NCBI GenBank assembly: GCA_036390495.1 | Contig: DASWBR010000305.1 | Span: 1-42,693 of the forward strand | DNA: 42,693 nucleotides | From: Candidatus Deferrimicrobiaceae bacterium | GTDB lineage: Bacteria > Desulfobacterota > Deferrimicrobia > Deferrimicrobiales > Deferrimicrobiaceae | Direction: 5' to 3' | Shown here: one piece after another, positions 36,435 to 42,693 of the stretch | How the letters are laid out: each line of letters starts with the position of its first letter | How positions within the stretch are numbered: the stretch's first letter is position 1 | Translations under genes and position numbers: made by a program | The notes under the pieces: generated by a model | Told to the model about the DNA's origin: nothing | The model's input: only the letters and a program-made list of their open reading frames with translations | The model's database searches: none

Positions 36435-36599
36435 GGTGCTGCGTTTCACAAATACGGCTGCATTCGAGTGCCGCTGCATCCGCCCCGGCTTCGTTGCGCT
36501 CCCTCACTGTCCTTGCCCGGTACGCCTCGGTCGTGCGCCTTGCCGGATGCGGCGCATCGACCTTCTCGATGCATCGCCGTATTTGTGAAGCGCAACACT
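36435..36599 (+). repeat. Structured intergenic repeat, copy 2
   Basis: 36435-36458 pairs with 36576-36599 (two G-T and one C/A non-Watson-Crick positions). After a 2-nt bulge the stem continues at 36459-36463/36569-36573 and 36465-36468/36565-36568. The interior blocks are near-identical to copy 1. Confidence 0.85.
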
Positions 36600-36874
36600 C
36601 CGCCACCCTCTCCGTCCGGGTGGTGCCGCGATCCCCGCGGGAGGGGGTCGCGGAGTACGCGGGAGGGGTGTTGCGGATCCGCCTGAACGCCCCCCCCGTC
36701 GAGGGGCGGGCCAACGCGGCCCTGGTCCGGTTCCTGGCGAGGGCCCTCGGCGTTCCCCGGTCGCGGGTGTCGCTGCTGTCCGGGGAGACCGGGCGGAACA
36801 AGATCGTCCGCATCGCCGGCATCTCGCGGGAGGAAGCCCTCGAGGCGCTCGGGGTGCAGCAGCCGGCGGAGTAG
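36569..36874 (+). CDS. yggU: DUF167 (YggU) family protein
   Basis: The core TLSVRVVPRSPREGV...LRIRLNAPPVEGRANAALVRFLA...GETGRNKIVRI fits YggU. The only canonical in-frame start upstream of the first conserved strand and near it is the ATG at 36569, which lies inside the repeat's 3' arm. An ATG at 36494 is the ORF-track alternative. Confidence 0.8.
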   Translation: MHRRICEAQHSATLSVRVVPRSPREGVAEYAGGVLRIRLNAPPVEGRANAALVRFLARALGVPRSRVSLLSGETGRNKIVRIAGISREEALEALGVQQPAE

Positions 36875-36888
36875 CAGGCCGGGACGCG

Positions 36889-36920
36889 GCGCATCCCCCG
36901 AAGAGGGTCGGGGAATGCGC
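36889..36920 (+). other. Stem-loop just downstream of yggU (possible terminator/stabiliser without a U-tract)
   Basis: GCGCAT-CCCC (36889-36898) pairs with GGGGAATGCGC (36910-36920), with one bulged A. Confidence 0.45.
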
Positions 36921-36951
36921 GCACAGGCGGGAGACAGTGGGAAAAAGGGGG

Positions 36952-36994
36952 GCCGGAGGGTTTTTCTGGGGTGAGAAAGTTGCAACCCTCCGGC
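36952..36994 (-). terminator. Large stem-loop in the convergent yggU/ilvE spacer; possible ilvE terminator
   Basis: 11-bp perfect stem GCCGGAGGGTT (36952-36962) / AACCCTCCGGC (36984-36994) with a 21-nt loop. Read on the minus strand it is followed by CCCCC then TTTTT (36946-36942). The T-tract is not adjacent to the stem. Confidence 0.4.
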
Positions 36995-37008
36995 TGGGGG
37001 CAGGGAAG

Positions 37009-37036
37009 CGCTGCGTTTTCACGCCGCGCATCCGCT
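37009..37036 (+). repeat. Possible truncated fragment of the structured repeat
   Basis: GCTGCGTTTTCAC matches the copy-2 left arm GCTGCGTTTCAC. The directly adjoining GCCGCGCATCCGC matches the conserved core GCCGCTGCATCCGC. Confidence 0.35.
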
Positions 37037-37164
37037 ACGTCAATAAATAAAGCAACTTTGATGCCGATTCATCGAGTTCGGAAAGGGTTCGTATTATCAG
37101 GGAATTCGGAACATGCCCTCGCGGCGACATCCCGCAGGTGCGGGAAAAACCCCACGTCCTTCGG

Positions 37165-38238
37165 TCATTCCACCCTTTGGACCCACCGGTGGCGGTCCTC
37201 GATCTCCCCGTACTGGATGCCGGTGATCTCCCGGTGAAGTCTCCGCGCGAGTTCCCCCACCCGGCCCCGGTTGACCAGCGCCTCCTCCCCCTGCCACGAG
37301 AAGGCGCCCACGGGAGAGATGACCGCTGCAGTGCCGGTTCCGAAAGCCTCGGACAGGGACCCGTCCGCCGCCCCCCGGATCACCTCGTCGATCGTCACGG
37401 GTCTCTCCGCAACCTGGATTCCCCACTCCCGCGCAAGCGTGATCACGGAGTCCCGGGTCACGCCGGGCAGGATGGAGCCGGAGAGGGGAGGCGTCACGAG
37501 CTCTCCCCCGAAGAGGAAGAAGATGTTCATCGTGCCCACCTCCTCCACGTACCGGCGCTCGCCGGCGTCGAGCCAGAGGACCTGGTCGAACCCCTCGGCC
37601 CGCGCGGCCCTGGCGGCCAGCAGGCTCGCGGCGTAGTTCGCACCGGTCTTCGCTTCGCCCAGCCCCCCCCTGGCGGCGCGGACGAACCGCTCCTCCACGA
37701 GGATGCGAACGGGCTCGAATCCCCGCGCGTAATACGCCCCCACGGGGCCGGTGATGACGAAAAAGAGGTTCTCCGCCGACGGGCGCACTCCCAGCGCTTC
37801 TTCCGTGGCGATCATCACCGGCCGAATGTACAGCGACGCGCCGCGGGCCCTCGGGATCCAGTCCCGGTCGGTGCGCACGAGCGCACGGATCGCCTGGAGC
37901 TGGTCCGCCACGGGGATCTCCGGCATGCAGAGGCGGGCCGCAGACCGGTTCAGCCGCTGCGCGTTCATCCCGGGGCGGAAGAGGCAGACCGAGCCGTCCA
38001 CGGCGTAGTACGCCTTGAGCCCCTCGAAGATCTCCTGCCCGTAATGGAGGACCATCGCGGCGGGCTGGAGGGGAAGGGAACCGTACGGCACGATGCGGGC
38101 GTCTCGCCACCCCGCGCCCTCGCGGTGATCCATGAGGAACATGTGGTCCGAGAAATGGATCCCGAACCCGAGCCCCTCCGCGGCCGCGGGCTTCTTCCGG
38201 CGCCGGTCGGGCGGTGCGATCGTGACGGCGATCTCCAT
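37165..38238 (-). CDS. ilvE: branched-chain amino acid aminotransferase
   Basis: ORF 37165..38340 (-). I prefer the start at the internal Met (38238), giving MEIAVTIAPP...LGFGIHFSDHMFLMDH, a typical class IV BCAT N-terminus. GGLGEAKTGANYAASL carries the PLP-lysine region. Confidence 0.92.
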   Translation of the reverse strand: MEIAVTIAPPDRRRKKPAAAEGLGFGIHFSDHMFLMDHREGAGWRDARIVPYGSLPLQPAAMVLHYGQEIFEGLKAYYAVDGSVCLFRPGMNAQRLNRSAARLCMPEIPVADQLQAIRALVRTDRDWIPRARGASLYIRPVMIATEEALGVRPSAENLFFVITGPVGAYYARGFEPVRILVEERFVRAARGGLGEAKTGANYAASLLAARAARAEGFDQVLWLDAGERRYVEEVGTMNIFFLFGGELVTPPLSGSILPGVTRDSVITLAREWGIQVAERPVTIDEVIRGAADGSLSEAFGTGTAAVISPVGAFSWQGEEALVNRGRVGELARRLHREITGIQYGEIEDRHRWVQRVE

Positions 38239-38372
38239 GGGGTATCTATATACCTCAATCCCGCATTCCCGGGAAGGCGGAGCGGCGCGGAAACCGTTTA
38301 ATGTTTCCTCCGCCCGCGTGTAAAATAGCAGGGTTACCAACCCACCGGCGGTCGCCGGAAAGGAGCGCGAGG

Positions 38373-39065
38373 ATGAAGCACCTGGTGGCGGTGGCGCTGT
38401 GCGCCGCCTTGGCGGTGTCCGGGGCGGCTTTCGCCGCGGACGCGCCGGAGTTGAAGGGGGAGAAGGAGAAACTCAGCTACAGCGTCGGCATGGACATCGG
38501 GGGGAACCTCAAGCGGCAGTCCATCGAGGTGGACCCCGACCTGCTAGCGAAAGGGTTCAAGGACTCCTACACCGGCGGGAAGACCCTCCTCACGGAGGAG
38601 GAGTCCCGCCAGGCGATCCAGAACTTCCAGAAGCAGCTGATGGCGAAGCAGGCGGAGGCCGCGAAGCAGCAGGCGGAGAAGAACAAGGCGGACGGGGAGA
38701 AATTCCTCGCGGAGAACAAGGGGAAGGACGGGGTGAAGACGACCGCAAGCGGGCTCCAGTTCAAGGTGATCCAGGAAGGCAAGGGCGCCACCCCCACGGC
38801 GGACAACACGGTGGAGGTCCACTACAAGGGGACCCTGGTCAACGGGACCGAGTTCGACAGCTCCTACAAGCGGGGCCAGACGGCGACGTTCCCGGTTTCC
38901 GGCGTCATCCCCGGCTGGACCGAAGGGCTACAGCTGATGAAGGAGGGGGGCAAGTACCAGCTGTTCGTCCCCCCGGGCCTGGCGTACGGGGAGCGGGGGG
39001 CCGGCAAGGACATCGGGCCGAACGCCACGCTGATCTTCGAGGTGGAGCTGATATCCGTCAAGTGA
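38373..39065 (+). CDS. secreted FKBP-type peptidyl-prolyl cis-trans isomerase (Mip/FkpA-like)
   Basis: ATG at 38373 follows AAAGGAG. The product has a signal peptide MKHLVAVALCAALAVSGAAFA/ADAP, a long helical linker and the FKBP domain VHYKGTLVNGTEFDSSY...IPGWTEGLQLM...LIFEVELISV. Confidence 0.9.
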   Translation: MKHLVAVALCAALAVSGAAFAADAPELKGEKEKLSYSVGMDIGGNLKRQSIEVDPDLLAKGFKDSYTGGKTLLTEEESRQAIQNFQKQLMAKQAEAAKQQAEKNKADGEKFLAENKGKDGVKTTASGLQFKVIQEGKGATPTADNTVEVHYKGTLVNGTEFDSSYKRGQTATFPVSGVIPGWTEGLQLMKEGGKYQLFVPPGLAYGERGAGKDIGPNATLIFEVELISVK

Positions 39066-39093
39066 CCGGCACCTCCCGCCGGAGGAGGGGCGG

Positions 39094-40305
39094 GTGAACC
39101 GCTGGTACCGGGTCGCCGGAGGCGTCGCGATGAACCTCTGCCTCGGCGCCGGGTACGTGTACAGCGTGTTCCTCACCCCCCTCCAGCGCGAGTTCGGGTG
39201 GACGCGCTCGCAACTCTCCGCCGCGTTCACGATATTCATCGCGTGCATCGCCGCGGGGGTCCTCGCCGGGGGACGCTGGCAGGACCGCCGGGGACCGGCC
39301 GCCGTTTCCCTCACCGGGGCCCTCCTCTTCTCATCGGGCATCTTCCTCTCCCGGTACACGAACGGTCTTGCCTGGCTGTACGGCTGCTTCGGGGTGCTGG
39401 TGGGATTCTCGAGCGGGGTCGCCTACACGTGCCCCCTCTCCGTCGGCATGAAATGGTTCCCCGAGCGCAGGGGCCTTGTCACCGGGATCATGGTGATGGG
39501 ATACGGGGCCGGGGGGGCGCTGGTCGCGCCACTGGCGGGGTACCTCATCCACCGGTCCGGGTGGCGGGAGACGTTCGCCATCCTCGGCGCGGGATTCCTC
39601 GCGGTGACCGTCTCCGGCGCTTTCCTGATGAGGAACCCGCCCGTGGACTGGAAGCCCCCGGGCTGGACCCCGCCGGCGGGCGAAGGTGGCGGGACCCGCC
39701 CTGGCCGGGAGTTCCTCCCCGCGGAGTTGGTCCGCACCGGGGTCTTCTACCGCATGTGGATCGCCTACGCGTTCGGCACCGCCGCCGGGCTGATGGTGAT
39801 CGGGCACCTCGCCGCCTTCGCGCAGGGAGCCGGTTTCTCCGACCGGGACGCGGCGATCGCCGTGGGGGTCCTCTCCGTCGGGAACGGGTGCGGCCGGGTC
39901 GCGTCGGGCTGGATGTCGGACCACATCGGGCGGCCCCGGACGCTCGCGCTGGTGATGGCCGCCACCGCCCTGCTCCTGCCGCTCGTCCCGGGGATCTCCA
40001 CCCGTTTCCTGCTCTTCCCCGCGGTGTTCCTCATCGGGTACTGCTACGGGTCGCAGCTCGCCGTGTTCCCGTCCACCACCGCCGACTTCTTCGGGATGCG
40101 GAACCTTGGAAACAATTACGGGCTGCTCCTGACGGCGTGGGGGACGGCGGGGATCATCGGGCCGATGGCGGGGGGGTGGGTCTTCGACGCCACCCGGTCC
40201 TATTCGGCGGCGTTCCGGACCGCCGCACTGCTCGCCCTGGTCGCGTGCGCGGTCATGGCGACCGTGAAGGCGCCGGACCGCGACCGACAACGGATTTTCG
40301 CTTGA
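39094..40305 (+). CDS. MFS transporter, oxalate/formate antiporter (OFA)-like
   Basis: 403-aa ORF with a GTG start and about 12 predicted hydrophobic spans. The N-terminus NLCLGAGYVYSVF...GW is typical of the OFA subfamily. Substrate is unknown. Confidence 0.8.
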   Translation: MNRWYRVAGGVAMNLCLGAGYVYSVFLTPLQREFGWTRSQLSAAFTIFIACIAAGVLAGGRWQDRRGPAAVSLTGALLFSSGIFLSRYTNGLAWLYGCFGVLVGFSSGVAYTCPLSVGMKWFPERRGLVTGIMVMGYGAGGALVAPLAGYLIHRSGWRETFAILGAGFLAVTVSGAFLMRNPPVDWKPPGWTPPAGEGGGTRPGREFLPAELVRTGVFYRMWIAYAFGTAAGLMVIGHLAAFAQGAGFSDRDAAIAVGVLSVGNGCGRVASGWMSDHIGRPRTLALVMAATALLLPLVPGISTRFLLFPAVFLIGYCYGSQLAVFPSTTADFFGMRNLGNNYGLLLTAWGTAGIIGPMAGGWVFDATRSYSAAFRTAALLALVACAVMATVKAPDRDRQRIFA

Positions 40306-40379
40306 CTGCGTGACGGGTTTTGTATACAGCATACATTGGATCGCGTGTCCGTCGAAACGGTGGTCGCCTTCTACAATAA

Positions 40380-42629
<2,250 letters not shown>

Positions 42630-42693
42630 GGAGGCCCCCGGGGGCTCGAGTGCCCCCTTCGGCGCCAAACGGGAGGGATCGGGAAAGGACGGG

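Noticed and set aside
36884-36896. GCGGCGCATC downstream of yggU, matching the conserved block GCGGCGCATCGAC of the repeat.
   Set aside because: It is a 10-nt GC-rich match with no flanking similarity. A match like this is expected by chance at an appreciable rate in about 85 kb of two-strand, GC-rich sequence.
36971-37237. 88-aa + strand ORF in the yggU/ilvE spacer running into the ilvE 3' end.
   Set aside because: It has no SD and no recognisable domain, it overlaps the ilvE coding end antisense, and its composition matches non-coding spacer.
42634-42657. GC hairpins after icd: the GCCCCCGGGGGC palindrome, and GGGGGC-TCGAGT-GCCCCC, as a terminator.
   Set aside because: Only TT follows the stem, the alternative pairings compete with each other, and the window ends 36 nt later. 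There is not enough context to call a terminator.

Overview
Very GC-rich bacterial chromosomal core region. Almost all genes are on the + strand and tightly packed, often with ATGA/GTGA start-stop overlaps. Gene order: murA (5' truncated by the window edge), hisD-hisB-hisH-hisA-[165-nt structured repeat]-hisF-hisI, HIT hydrolase, ppnP. After a terminator and promoter comes the macromolecular-synthesis operon rpsU-yqeY-dnaG-rpoD. It is followed by a stand-alone tRNA(CAT), nif3, a COG1579 zinc-ribbon gene, an RNase HI-like gene and RNase P RNA. Next is a complete canonical dcw cluster: mraZ-rsmH-ftsL-ftsI-murE-murF-mraY-murD-ftsW-murG-murC-murB-ddl-ftsQ-ftsA-ftsZ. Then come a radical SAM gene, yjbQ (-), maf-yggS-proC-yggT-[second copy of the repeat]-yggU(DUF167), ilvE (-), a secreted FKBP-type isomerase, an MFS transporter and a monomeric isocitrate dehydrogenase. 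I saw no CRISPR array, transposase, integrase, defence island or prophage. The many long alternative-frame and antisense ORFs in the track are the usual high-GC artefacts. The one thing that looks new is a ~165-nt intergenic element present twice (4335-4497 and 36435-36599). Its interior blocks are sequence-conserved, while its 25-bp closing stem differs between copies almost only by compensatory base-pair changes. Both copies sit inside otherwise tightly packed operons, and the 3' arm lies over the translation start region of the downstream gene. Other regulatory signals are readable: a triple GTGGG MraZ operator, several sigma70-like promoters and several intrinsic terminators. All coordinates, alignments and counts were made by eye from the sequence, with no database search.
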